64,000 nt of DNA, from the IMG/VR virus record IMGVR_UViG_3300029288_000147. One strand, 5' to 3'. The stretch is from an uncultured virus (IMG/VR IMGVR_UViG_3300029288_000147) (Duplodnaviria; Heunggongvirae; Uroviricota; Caudoviricetes). The first letter of the stretch is position 1. Every line of letters begins with the position of its first letter. A program made the translations under genes and the position numbers. This document shows, piece by piece, positions 10,950-23,334 of the stretch. The notes under the pieces were generated by a model, which searched no databases, was not told the origin of the DNA, and worked only from the letters and a program-made list of their open reading frames with translations.

Positions 10950-11853
10950 TATTTACCTTTTTTAGTTTTAGGAGAATTTATTTTCTTTAATAAATCATTA
11001 CATTCTTTTATTTTTTTATTTAAATCTTTTTTTATATTTGATATTTCTGAGGATTTTAATAACGTTATATTATATCCCATATTGTTATACTGTGGGACTA
11101 TTTTCTCAACTTCTTCAAGAGATTTTGCTGATACAAATTCAACCCAACGACCAAATCCCCATCCCATATTAGGATCAGACCAACTATGTACACCATATAT
11201 ATTGCTTTTATTTGATGACACTTCACTTAATATTTGTTTTATTTTCATTTTAATATACTTTCTCTAATTTGTATTGTATAATATTCTTTATTGTTTGTAT
11301 TAAAAATGCAAATTCATCTGAATCTAATGTATTACCTACACCATAATTTTTTAAAAATTGAGAATCAATTTTATTGTCTTCATTTTTAATATAAATTGTT
11401 TTTTCTATTTTTTGATTCAAATTTTTATATTCAATTATTTTAATTGTATATTTATTGTTGCTTTTATCATAAGACCATGTGCAATTACACATAAGAATGC
11501 CACTATGATAAAGATTTAATGATAAAGGCGCATTATCACCTTTTGTCATTTTAAAGTCAGAACCAAATTCTTTAAGCAATAATTCCATAAGCTTCATTTT
11601 TATATTAATCTAATATATAATTTTTAATAAAATTAATATATTGTGTACAATAATCTCGCATTTGTCTAAACTTTACTTTTGTATTATTGTCTTTTTTATT
11701 ATCAAAAGATAAAACTTCTTTTCCACTTTGTTCGCTTGCATAACTTTTAACTTTTTCTAAACATTTTATAATTTCATCCGCTTCTTTAGCATATTTATTG
11801 TTTTCTTCTAATAATGATTTTAATTTCATGTTTTGTTTTGATGTTGTTCCCAT
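10949..11853 (-). CDS. Three small hypothetical proteins (10949-11248, 11250-11597, 11605-11853) sharing an N-terminal MKL/I-xx-LL-xE motif
   Basis: MKIKQILSE, MKLMELLLKE, MKLKSLLEE. Confidence 0.55.
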
Positions 11854-12049
11854 AATTCTGTTCTCATTTTTTATTGATCTTAATTCATAATCTTGTAATA
11901 AATCTACAGCTTCAATTAATTTGCTTATAGCATCAGAAATTTTTTTATGTTTGGATTTTTAATTTCTTTTTTACCGTGTTTTATTAATTTTTTATTTGTT
12001 TCTATAATTGTGTCTATTAATTTATGAAGTTCATTAGAATAAGCTTCTT

Positions 12050-13030
12050 TTAGTTCCATTTTATATTCCTCTTTATATATTGTATGATTTCTTCTTCATC
12101 AATATTATTCAAATTATTGCCAAACTTTTTATTTAAAAGTAATAGTATTTGGCCGATAAGTGGGCCTGATTTTAAATTAAATGTATCTATAACCCACTTA
12201 CCATCATATTTAGTATTCTTATTATAAATATTTGAATTTATTTCATTTTTCAATTTTTCTACACGTAAAAATTGCTTTTTATAATATTTTTTGAAAAAAT
12301 AGTCTTCATCATGAATTAGAGCACGTTTATTTTGTTTTCTTAACTCATTAAGAACATAATTAATTACAGGTCTTTTTTCACTTTTTCTATCACTTTGATT
12401 CATTTCACCACTTGTAACATATTTAACATCATATAATGGCGAAGATGAAATATAATATACGAAATGATCTATGTTTTTTATTAATTTATAACCATTTGAA
12501 TCATAACCTAATATTTTTAATCCATCTTTTACAAGATTATGTGATATAAAGATGTCATGCCAATTTCCCTTTTTATCTCTAAATCTTTTGAAAAATCCTT
12601 CACTGCCAAATTTAAAATTAAGTTTTTTAGAAATAATACCTATAATGCCAGAAAAGTCATTAAGGGAAAAGTATTGCTCTCTTGTTTTAGATATTTTTTT
12701 ATCACTATTGCATATAAAATCTATGTGAACATTTTTATTGATTGATTTAGAATGATAAAGAATTGAATAAATATAACCATTTTTAGAATAATCTATTATT
12801 TTTATATTATTAAATAATATTTCTTTAACATTTGATTCTGGATAAGTTGTAACAACAAAATCTATGTCACCATGAGTTTCTTTGCTTGCTAAGCTTTTTG
12901 TTAGTTTCATAGAAATAAAAAATGAAGAAAGTAAAGAATAAACTTCTTTAAATACTTTCTTCATTTCATCAGTTGTTACTCTTTCAGCTCTTGGACCAAA
13001 TAATTTTCCGCCTTCTTTAACTAAATTCAT
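12050..13030 (-). CDS. Pol-beta-superfamily nucleotidyltransferase with CCA-like C-terminal tail
   Basis: SKETHGDIDFVV, VHIDFI; C-terminal YDGKWVIDTFNLKSGPLIGQIL parallels the CCA enzyme tail. Confidence 0.65.
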   Translation of the reverse strand: MNLVKEGGKLFGPRAERVTTDEMKKVFKEVYSLLSSFFISMKLTKSLASKETHGDIDFVVTTYPESNVKEILFNNIKIIDYSKNGYIYSILYHSKSINKNVHIDFICNSDKKISKTREQYFSLNDFSGIIGIISKKLNFKFGSEGFFKRFRDKKGNWHDIFISHNLVKDGLKILGYDSNGYKLIKNIDHFVYYISSSPLYDVKYVTSGEMNQSDRKSEKRPVINYVLNELRKQNKRALIHDEDYFFKKYYKKQFLRVEKLKNEINSNIYNKNTKYDGKWVIDTFNLKSGPLIGQILLLLNKKFGNNLNNIDEEEIIQYIKRNIKWN

Positions 13031-13391
13031 CTAATCTTTCCTTTTAAATTAATAATTTTTAATAAAATTCAGTAGGTGCTATAGATATTGCTTCTTTACA
13101 AAATCTTCTATAATACCATTTTTATCAGAAATAATTTGATAAGTAAAATTTTTATTACATTCTTCGCATTTGAACCTATAGAGTGTTTGCATAAAATATC
13201 TATGCTCATATAACCCAAATATTTTTTTTATTATATTTCTTTTATCGGACTTTCTACATCCAAGAATTTTATTATGAGACATATCCATAACATGAATATC
13301 ATTATTTTCTATTTTTAATTTTGTTAAACAATGAGCACATGTAATTATTTTCCCTATAACTTCTGTTTTATAAGGATAATAAAATTCTATT

Positions 13392-13955
13392 TCAATTGTT
13401 TTCATTTTGAATCCTTTCTTCGATAAATTTTTTACATGCTAATAAGTTTCTATTTTCTTTTTCAAGATTTATTTCAAAATAAACTTTATTTAAATCATAG
13501 TTCATATTATATAAATATTCAATTTCTTCTTTTAATAAACCATCTTCTACAAAAATAAAATCATCAAATTTATCTATATACTTTAATAAATCCATTGTTT
13601 TTGAACTAAACCATCTCAAATATTTTGCTTTTTTAAATAGTTTTTTTAATTCATTATAAAATAAATCTCTTTGTTTATTATCTTCATTTAATTCTTTTTC
13701 TTTTAGTTCAAAAAATATTTCAAACATTCTTCTTGAATAATGTTTTTTATAATCTATTTTTATATCTGAAGCTTTCTCTAATAAGTGAGCTCTTTGTAAT
13801 GGTGATAATGTTCTAAACCAACAAGTTGACCATATAATATCTATGCTATCATTTTCATTAAGAAATTTAATAAATTCATACGCATCTTTATTCCAAAAAC
13901 GGTCTATTAAAACACCATCAACATCAAGAAATATAGTTAATTTTTTATTATTCAT
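13392..13955 (-). CDS. HAD-superfamily phosphatase (RNA-repair-type HAD?)
   Basis: IFLDVDGVL, WSTCW, FIFVED. Confidence 0.65.
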   Translation of the reverse strand: MNNKKLTIFLDVDGVLIDRFWNKDAYEFIKFLNENDSIDIIWSTCWFRTLSPLQRAHLLEKASDIKIDYKKHYSRRMFEIFFELKEKELNEDNKQRDLFYNELKKLFKKAKYLRWFSSKTMDLLKYIDKFDDFIFVEDGLLKEEIEYLYNMNYDLNKVYFEINLEKENRNLLACKKFIEERIQNENN

Positions 13956-16681
13956 AATTTTTTAAAAATTCTTTTCCTTTTTCAGTAATCCAAATAACAC
14001 CTAAATCCGCCCCAAAGTCTGTAATAAGTCTTTTGTGCAATAATGACATACATTCAGAAAAACAATTATATCCATTCATATAGCTATCTATCATTGGTCC
14101 TGTTACACCATACTCTTTACCACCATCATCATGTTCATAGTATGTTTCATTTATATATTTTAATATTTTAATTTCTCTTAATATTCTAGTGTCAACAACA
14201 TATGTAAAATATGGGCAACATCCTTCAACCATTGTTTTTCCACATTCGTTTAATTCATCTTCTGTTAAACTATGCTTAATATAAATGTTACCATCTGGTC
14301 CTTCAAATTCAGTAAAATAAATTTTCATTTTGATATCCTTTTTTTATTTTTTTCGTTTATTTGTTGATGAATTATGTAACTTTTCTTAATAAGTTAAATA
14401 AAATTTTGTTTTTCTACATCTTTCACATGTTTTATAGTTTCTATAATAAGAATTAGGGGCAAGTCCACTAAATGAACCATCCCATTTATGAATTCTAATT
14501 TTGCACAAAAGTTTTCCAATTTACTTTTATAGCGTATTAAATATAAATACGCTTTATTTCTTTTTCTTTTTCCATAAACATAATATTTCTTTATATCTGG
14601 TTTTTATTTATTAATTTAATTTCAATTTTTTCCTTATTTTTTGTAGATGACTTTGTATTTAACCAATGTCCTGTTATCAATACAAGTTGAAACTTATCTT
14701 TATATTGTATTAATTCTTTGTTAGTATCATTAATCCATCGATAATTTGATTTAATAATCTTATAATTTTTAGGTATTTTTTGTTTTATAAATGGTAAGTC
14801 ATATTTAATAAATGCTTCCATCCCAGCTTTAGTAAAAAAATATGAATTTTTTCTTCCAATCCAACCTTTTTTATAATCAATTTCATTATTTGGTACCTTT
14901 AGCCATGATGATAATTGCATATCAAATTTTCTATTCATGAATTCATATGGTGATTCCATAAATCCATTAGGATGTTTTATATCAAAGCGATAAATAACCA
15001 TATTATAACATATCTCCTATATCTGCTGATGGATCAACAAGTTTTAATCGTCTTCCCATTTCTTCTATTTCTTCTTCTAAATTTGCTTTTGGGTCATTAC
15101 ATGCATATTTTTCATATACGTTTCTTACCTGATCAATTAATTCTATTAGCTCTTTAGAATACTTTGGGTTGTCTTGATAATTATTTATTGTATTTGATCT
15201 AACAAGCTCTAAACTATCTTCAGGAAATAATATTTCATAATAATTTAGTTTATAACAATTTAAATTGCAATTTATTTTGACAATTTTTTCTATTATTAAA
15301 GGTTTCGGCAATTCATGGTCAAATAAGTCTCTAAAGTCTTGGCCAATATATCTAACTTGATCTCCAACTTTAAATTTATGGCTGCTTAAACAAAAATACG
15401 TATTAAAATAGTCTTTATCATTGATATGATTATAAGGTTCATGAATATATTCATCATAACAATCTGATTTTTTTCCACATATTTCGCATAAACCAAAAGA
15501 AGTAGGTTCTTTTGAATGAGGATATTCTTTTTCATTTAAACAATTTTTACATACAAACATAATTTTTTTAACTCCAATCTGTAATAATAATCATAAGAAG
15601 TGTCCAAAAAGCAATTCCTGATCCTGCTTCTTGATCACTATTTTTATATTTTCTCGCTAAAATTAATAATACCCCAATTAATCCTATAATTAACTTTGTT
15701 GCCAACCAAATCGGAATTTGCATCATTTTTCTCCATTCATTGTATAATAAACTTCTGCACTAAATAAATATAAAGTACCTCGATCAGAAGTATAATAATT
15801 AGTGTTAATTTTTATTATGTTTATGCTTTTATTAGATATAAACTTCTGCAACTTATCTTTTATACATAATTCGTTGATTTTTATTGGATTATCAAGCAAT
15901 CGATTAGTTATATATTCTTTATATTCGCCACTAGAATAACAATCAATAAATTCAATCTTTATATTATTATTTGAAACATTTGCCGAATCAGTAATAAAAA
16001 CTGTTTCATTTGATTGTGTACTTCTATTATCACAACAACTGGTTATGAATAAAGAAGTTACCACGATCAATATTAAAATAATTACTTTCTTAATCATCTT
16101 TTAAAATCTCCTTATTATTTTACAATACTTCTTGCTTTTTTATAATCTTGCATATTATTGTTCTTATTAAATGTCTCTCGATACTTTAAAGCTCTAGGTA
16201 ATAACCATTCTAACATATCAATCAACGCTGTCTCTTCTGAATTTCTTACATCAATAAATTTACCTCTAGTACTTGGATTATTACCATTAAATGTCTTTCC
16301 TTTATAATTCTTTAACTTATCACCTGATAAATATTGTTGTACTGTTGATCTTGATGCTGCATCTACTGTCCATTTATTTGCGTGTGGATCACGAAGTCTT
16401 TCAAAATATCTATGTATATATCCTGTTTCTGCATTCACTGTAAAAACAACTCTTATTCCATCATCGATCTTTCCTCGATATTTATAAAGTTTTTCAGTTT
16501 TCTTATCAATTAATTTTAATGCTCCGGTCTTTAATGTATCAATTTCAAAACCTGCACTTTTAAATTTTTTAAGTATTGATTGTAATGATGACATAATTTC
16601 TACTTTCTCCTATTTATGTATGTTTTATTTGTATACCTATAAGTATACACTTTAATTCTAAATGCACCCATATGCCTTTAT

Positions 16682-16711
16682 ATAATATAACTCTTATAAA
16701 TGTCATATAGA
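16682..16711 (-). promoter_or_regulatory. Conserved phage promoter motif, copy 1
   Basis: TCTATATGACA-N13-TATTAT upstream of ORF 16594. Confidence 0.7.
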
Positions 16712-17080
16712 CATAAATACGAACTCTTAGAATATTACACTTATTGATGATTAAATCTTAGTATGTTAGATTATATATATTTATAAGTTTATATAAATCA
16801 ATATGATAATTTAAGCGTAATCTTTGTGTAAAATTATAAAGGGATTGTGATAAAAACGCAAGAATAACTCGATACGGGTGCATAGGATGAGGGGACCCAA
16901 TAATACTACCCTCTCTAAGTGTTCGCCCCATTTCCGGTACTTATATTTACCTTATTCCGGCTTAATTTTTATTTATATATTTGTTATTGTTAAACCCAAT
17001 CCCAAGGTTCATATACGGCATTTTCGGATTTTATTTTATCTAAGTTATGAAAAAGTATTTAATATTACTGCAACTTAAAT

Positions 17081-17116
17081 AAAAAAATGGCGTTCTATTG
17101 TTAGTAGACGCCATTT
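17081..17116 (-). terminator. Intrinsic terminator
   Basis: AAATGGCGT/ACGCCATTT stem with T-run on the minus strand. Confidence 0.6.
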
Positions 17117-17645
17117 CCATTTTAATTCTTTCTCTATTTATAATTAACTACCATCTCTATTAATATATAAGGTAACTAAATCATTATACACTCTCTCTCT
17201 TTTTTTAATTATATATTATAAGCTTCTAGATTAACTTAAATTATTCCTCATTTAATAATATATGAAGTAGCTACGTCATCTTGGTCTCTCTTTCTTTTAA
17301 TAATAAAATATTTTTAAAGTTTAGTGACAATGAAAGCCCTCACTTTTTAGAGTAATTTGTGAAAGATCAAAGTAAAAACTTTTAGTGTCACCGCCCCAAT
17401 CTTTTGTATCATTTTTCCATCCAGATCGTAAAGAATCATCGTTGCCTAAATCAAATTTTCCTCTTGAACATAAAGCTATGGGAGTACCATCATCTAATAT
17501 CGCTCCAATATAACCACAAAGACCAACATCATTTTGACACCATAATGCTTTTACTTTGATTTTATAGCGTTTCATGATTAAAGACTTTCTTTTTTTATTA
17601 CGATTTCGGATTTTTAAGATTGCGCTGTCATTTAAATGTACATAT

Positions 17646-17675
17646 ATAATATAGTCATTTATTTTGTCATATAGA
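17646..17675 (-). promoter_or_regulatory. Conserved phage promoter motif, copy 2
   Basis: TCTATATGACA-N13-TATTAT upstream of ORF 17575. Confidence 0.7.
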
Positions 17676-17752
17676 CATGTTTTCTTTAAATAATATATTA
17701 ATATACATTTAATTATTAAGTATATATTTTATAATATATCATCTTATTTGTT

Positions 17753-18499
17753 TTATAGATGCTTTACTTGTTTAACTCGATTTTGTGAAAACCATTCTAT
17801 GCCTTCAACAACAAAATCACTAGATTGGTTTCTACCATAATACAAACGATATAATTTACGAGGAGCAGTACCAAATTGTTCAATAAATTCATTTTGATCA
17901 ATAAAAAGATAAGAATCTTTCTCTAATTCTTCAATTGTCTTAGGTACGCACCATACACCATCATATGGATTTAAATCAGGAGATAAATCATTATAGTCGC
18001 ATAAATAACCATGGCCATCTTTATCTTTTATCATAATACGAGTATTATGTTCATCACGAAATATGGCAAAAACAGTTATAATTTCATTAAAAAACTTCTT
18101 ATTGATGTTAGGTCGAACTTTTACACGATACCGTCCAGTCGCAACAATATCAGCTCGATGAGTATTATCCTTCTCATAAAGAATGTTTTCAATATAAGCA
18201 CCTTCATGTATATGAGGGATGTTAGTGAAGAAATTTTGGTCATTCATATTCTTTTCATACTTAATTTTTTCCATATTTTTCTTATAATTATATAAGTCTT
18301 CTACAGCTTCCATATAAGTTTGAATTACCATTACCATATCTATCACTCGGTGCCAGCAGTAATAATCAATATCATAAAATTGCACATCAAATATACCATT
18401 TTCTGCATAGCGAATAAGTCGTCGATTCTGTTCTTTATTAATCCACATGATATCAAATTTATCCATTTTTTGTTCCTTTATTATGTAAAAATAATCCAA
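17753..18499 (-). CDS. Hypothetical protein sharing a C-terminal domain with 18698-19201
   Basis: EFIEQFGTAPRKL..VVEG vs EFTKQFGLAPRRV..IVEG. Confidence 0.6.
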   Translation of the reverse strand: MDYFYIIKEQKMDKFDIMWINKEQNRRLIRYAENGIFDVQFYDIDYYCWHRVIDMVMVIQTYMEAVEDLYNYKKNMEKIKYEKNMNDQNFFTNIPHIHEGAYIENILYEKDNTHRADIVATGRYRVKVRPNINKKFFNEIITVFAIFRDEHNTRIMIKDKDGHGYLCDYNDLSPDLNPYDGVWCVPKTIEELEKDSYLFIDQNEFIEQFGTAPRKLYRLYYGRNQSSDFVVEGIEWFSQNRVKQVKHL

Positions 18500-18697
18500 G
18501 AATTATTTTCTTCGTCTTTATAGAAACGTAAATCATTCAGTTTATTTGTTTCATTTTCTGTTAAATCATCAAATCCATCTAAATCACAAATATAAATTAC
18601 ATCATGATCGGACTCAGGGTAATCATTTAAAATATCAGGATTATGTTTTGATAAAATATCAATACCTTCCATTATCATTTTTAATGATGGCATAATC

Positions 18698-19201
18698 TTA
18701 TTCAGCTTTCTTATATAATTTGATTTGAGAACGAGCAGGTGACAACTTACCTTCTACAATTACATCACCGACATCATATTTTGGATCATATATTGTGCAA
18801 CCCTTTTTGCAACTACGTCGTTTAAAAGTATCAAGAACTCTACGAGGAGCAAGACCAAATTGCTTAGTAAATTCTTCATGATCAGCTCTTAATACACGTG
18901 ATACAAAATGGATATTATCTTGAGGTACAACTAAATCACCAATTTCAATATGATCAGGGTTAGGTTGCTTATCATAATTTATAAGAATTTTAATAAGTTT
19001 AGCTTCTTTCTCATTTTTTTCAGGTGGTAGCTTAACACGAGTTGCATAATATTCAACAGCAGAAAGAGCAGTAATTAATGACGGCCACGGAGCTGTTGCA
19101 GGATGATCACCTAAATTTACCCATTGTTTACGATTCGATTCAGCTTCATCTTTTAATTGCTTACAAAGATTTGCAAGCATAGTCCATTTATCTTCGTTCA
19201 T
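18698..19201 (-). CDS. Hypothetical protein sharing a domain with 17753-18499
   Basis: Shared QFGxAPR motif. Confidence 0.6.
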   Translation of the reverse strand: MNEDKWTMLANLCKQLKDEAESNRKQWVNLGDHPATAPWPSLITALSAVEYYATRVKLPPEKNEKEAKLIKILINYDKQPNPDHIEIGDLVVPQDNIHFVSRVLRADHEEFTKQFGLAPRRVLDTFKRRSCKKGCTIYDPKYDVGDVIVEGKLSPARSQIKLYKKAE

Positions 19202-20159
19202 TGTATTTATCCTATTTTATTTATTATATTTAAATCAATTGCTTATAAATATCAAGACGACCGCAAACATTTGCCATCTTATTGCGTGCTTGATTAATAT
19301 CATCTTCTAAACGTTGCTCAATACTGCATGTCATTGTTTGAATAACATAATTGTCAAGGTCACGAAGTCTGTTAAGAATTTCTTCAGCTTCTTTTGATAC
19401 ATAATCAGTTTGATCTTTAGTCATTTTTAAAAAATCCATATTAATTAAACAGTTGTTTCGAACAATTCTGAATCATATTCAATTAATAGCACTGGTTGGT
19501 CTTTATCAATATATTGGACGTATGTTTTCGCAAAATGCTGTTTTCTGTCATATTCATAGATTTCTAAACAAAATTCATCAACTGTATCCTCATGTGTCTT
19601 CCACAAAACGACTGATTTCAACTCCCAACCATTGTTACATGGTATATATATACGATAATTATTATCAGTATATTCTTTTGAAGTTGTAAAAACTTCTCTT
19701 GCAGTGCTGATCTTCATTTTTTAACCTTTATTCGGATTTGTGTAGTATAGTATATAGTTACGGAATGACAACATACGAAGATAATATTTCCTAATTAGTT
19801 GCCAATAATCACATCCAACATTTTCAGACGTTTGATAACCATCACGATATTTGTTAAGAGGATGCCAGATTGAATATACAAAGGGATTCTTGCGGCGACA
19901 ATAACCAGTACGAGGGTTAAAATAATATTGAACGTAATCATTCCATTCGTTTGGTAGGTGAAGATCACGAATAACTAAAGTACCATTCTTTTTAAAAAGA
20001 TTCCAATATCGTTTAGAAAGAAGAACTTCAAAACCATCATTAAACAATTTTTCAAATTGAAATGAATCTAAACCCATTTCCAAGAGTCGTTGAGATTTAA
20101 TATTAGTCGTATACATTTTAAAGACCTTTTCCTTGAGGTGATGTTTTTATAACGTATAT

Positions 20160-20189
20160 ATAATATAATCATTTTTTTTGTCATATAGA
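20160..20189 (-). promoter_or_regulatory. Conserved phage promoter motif, copy 3
   Basis: TCTATATGACA-N13-TATTAT upstream of ORF 20116. Confidence 0.7.
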
Positions 20190-20563
20190 AATAACCTAAG
20201 TATTATATTTCATTATGTTTAAACATAAGTTGTTTGATTTAAACTATAATATTTATATACACTTAGGTTATTTATAAGTTAAATAATAATAATATATTAT
20301 ATATATACTAAGTTATTATTTATATTCATTATAATGATTATTTAATACTTCATATATTAATTTCCACACGTTATTTTGTTTTCTTTTAAAGTTTTTCACT
20401 TTACCTTTTCCATGTTTTAATTGATGGCCACTTTTACCTTTTAATTCGTATGAATAATTCCCATTAGTTTTTGTACCTGTTCCATCATTACATATTTTTG
20501 CTTCACCTAATATTTCTTTATGACCATCTATCGCTGATGTTAATTCCACTATTATCTTTATCA

Positions 20564-22249
20564 TTAATAGACCTTATAACTATATTGTGATTGGATTTCT
20601 TTTTCTGCAGATGAAAACAATCTATGAATATGCGTATCTAAACAATATGTAATTGAATAGTCAGATTCATCTCTTGTTGATCTACCAAAGCCTTGTAATA
20701 TTCTAAACAATGTCATTGTATTATAAATATCTGGATATCGTTTTAAAATATATGCTATCCTTTTATCTGCTAAAGAATAGAACGGACTTTTAATCATGAT
20801 TTGATATCGAGATATATCACCAGGTAAATCAACACCTACAAATAAACTAGGTGATATTAATACAGACGGTTTTTTATATTGTTTAAATGATTTAAGAACT
20901 TGTGTTAAGTTTTCTCCTCTTTTATGTTCAAATAATTTTACTGACTTATTATTTTTTAATATATACGACGATATCTTTTCATTAATTAAAAATGATGGTG
21001 TTAATACAATTCCTTTATCATTAATATGTTGTTCAATAAGTTCATTTGTAAAATCACATATTTCACTAATACATCTTTCATCGTTTGTTGTGTAATAATT
21101 TAAATTATGAGTGTTGAAGAAAAAAACCTTTTTGTTTTCTTTTTCAAATGTAGAATCAACAACAATATGTTTAATTAGTTCTTTTTTAATAGATAATGTC
21201 CTTGATATATAAGAAGGTGAAATAGTAGCACTCATGAATAAATGCTTTTCACTATTCTTTATTGTATAAAAAAGATTTCTAATAAATATTGGTTTGATTG
21301 TAAATTCATCTTTCTTCTTATCAAAAACGTGCTCATAATTATATTTGAAAAAATCACCAATCTTGCAATGAAGATTAAAATACTTTAATGAATAATTTTT
21401 TAACTTTTTGTATTTGTCAAAATCATGATCTTCTAATGCTTCTTCTGAACATTTATCAAAATACGTATGTAGTGAACTATAAATTGGACTAAGTTTTTCT
21501 TTTAAGAACTCTTTATAATTCTTGTATGTAATTGAATCTACATTAATTGTTCTAACAATTTTTAATGCTGAGTTTAATATGTGGATTCCTTCTTCATCAG
21601 CATATTCTCTATAGTTCATTAACTCATCATTTAATTCATTAATTCTTTTTTTAGACAAATAGATACTATATACAGAAGTAAATGCATCATTTATTTCGTG
21701 AGCTTCGTCATATATAGTAATTAATCTTTGTGCAAGGTGCTTAGAATAAAGGTTTGATATAAAGAAATATGAATAATTTGTTATTAAATGTGGGATAGTA
21801 TTACAAACATCTCTTGATAACCGATAGAGACATGACTCACATTTACTAAATTTTGAATCTAAGCTTTTTTGTAGAAATGATGATATACAAATTTTTGCAC
21901 TTTCATTATTTAATACACCACATTGATAATTTTCTGAACCCTTTATGATATTTGTTGAATCAATATCACCAAATAATTTTTCGTATTGATCAACAAGAGC
22001 ATTGTTATGCATCAAAATAAAAGATGATTGACTTGTATTTGTAATACCTTTTAGAATATCAGCTACTATAAATCCAACAATTGATTTTCCACTTCCTGTT
22101 GGTGCTGATAATACAACATAATTAAATGATTCATCAATAAATGAAATTAATATTTTATTGATCGTATTTACTTGATGTTCTTTTATTTTAAAGTTATACT
22201 TTTTTAATTTTTCTACAATGATGTGCTTATAATCATTTTTCTTTGGCAT
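20564..22249 (-). CDS. SF2 helicase, DinG/Rad3-like
   Basis: APTGSGKS, DEAH, MSAT, GVDLPGD, QGFGRSTR; Cys cluster in the Fe-S region. Confidence 0.88.
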   Translation of the reverse strand: MPKKNDYKHIIVEKLKKYNFKIKEHQVNTINKILISFIDESFNYVVLSAPTGSGKSIVGFIVADILKGITNTSQSSFILMHNNALVDQYEKLFGDIDSTNIIKGSENYQCGVLNNESAKICISSFLQKSLDSKFSKCESCLYRLSRDVCNTIPHLITNYSYFFISNLYSKHLAQRLITIYDEAHEINDAFTSVYSIYLSKKRINELNDELMNYREYADEEGIHILNSALKIVRTINVDSITYKNYKEFLKEKLSPIYSSLHTYFDKCSEEALEDHDFDKYKKLKNYSLKYFNLHCKIGDFFKYNYEHVFDKKKDEFTIKPIFIRNLFYTIKNSEKHLFMSATISPSYISRTLSIKKELIKHIVVDSTFEKENKKVFFFNTHNLNYYTTNDERCISEICDFTNELIEQHINDKGIVLTPSFLINEKISSYILKNNKSVKLFEHKRGENLTQVLKSFKQYKKPSVLISPSLFVGVDLPGDISRYQIMIKSPFYSLADKRIAYILKRYPDIYNTMTLFRILQGFGRSTRDESDYSITYCLDTHIHRLFSSAEKEIQSQYSYKVY

Positions 22250-22280
22250 TTTTTTCCTTTAAGATTATTGGGGTAATTGT

Positions 22281-22310
22281 ATAATATAATCAATAATCTT
22301 GTCAAATAGA
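22281..22310 (-). promoter_or_regulatory. Conserved phage promoter motif, copy 4
   Basis: TCTATTTGACA-N13-TATTAT upstream of the helicase. Confidence 0.7.
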
Positions 22311-22509
22311 AATTTTATTCTAATCAATTACAGACAAATCTTTTATGAATCTTTCTACATCACATACGAATGCACCTTCTTTAACACAAGTTTGCCCAAT
22401 CATAAATTCATTAAATTCTTTATTTTCCTCTTTTGTTAATATGTTTTCTATAGCGGTCCAATAAACAATTCCATTGACATTATATCTTTCAATAAGTAAT
22501 TTCATTAAT

Positions 22510-22893
22510 TCATTTTGTCTTTGTCGCGATAGCTTCATAATTTAATTTCCTATTAATCCATTTTTGAACATCTTCAGACTTTAATTTAAATCCATTATTC
22601 ATATCTAGGTTTGAAATAACATCCCATTTAAAATCCATATAATATTTTAATGCAAATTCTTTATCACCTGTATGATCTGCTAAAATTGCCAATGATAATT
22701 GAGATGGTCCACTTCCACCATAACCCCAAGCAAATCCATCAGGAGAATGATTAGCTAAATCCCATCGTGGATTAAGAAATGAATTTTCATGAACTTCATC
22801 GTCATATACAATAACAATTGGATCGGATGTATGATTAATTTCACCGATGTAAATTTTCATAATAAAAACCTTTATCATTAAAGATATTTTCAA
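22510..22893 (-). CDS. Conserved hypothetical protein (DUF6166-like)
   Basis: NHSPDGFAWGYGGSGPSQLSLAILAD. Confidence 0.65.
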   Translation of the reverse strand: MKISLMIKVFIMKIYIGEINHTSDPIVIVYDDEVHENSFLNPRWDLANHSPDGFAWGYGGSGPSQLSLAILADHTGDKEFALKYYMDFKWDVISNLDMNNGFKLKSEDVQKWINRKLNYEAIATKTK

Positions 22894-23334
22894 TTTTTTC
22901 TACATTAGGAACATCATAAATTTTGCTATATACTTTTGTATCACTATCTGGATGTTTATAAAATAATTGAATAGAAAATACAGGATAACCATTTGATCGA
23001 TTAACTGTATAAAGAATTCTATATCCATTCCAATCAATAGATGTATCTGCTTTTAAAATTTCTTTACAAAAAGCCAAAACTTTTTCTGGTTTATTGGTTG
23101 TGCACCATTCTCTTAAATGAAGTTCTCCAGTTTTAAGATACTTATTATAAACTTTTCTTGCATAAGAATAATCCCATGAAAAAATTCTATCATCGTCTGC
23201 TGAAATAATTTTGTCTAAATCATCATCATAATTAAATGGAAAATTATATTGAGTTAAAATCATATACGATGCTTTTCCAAATGAACCCATTTCAGAAGGA
23301 TCATAATTTTGAGCAATTAAAACTGTTCGTTTCA

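Noticed and set aside
11827..12059. Small ORF (MELKEAYSNE...) broken at an A7 run
   Set aside because: Restored by one extra A; probably a homopolymer error or slippage, with no stimulatory structure seen.
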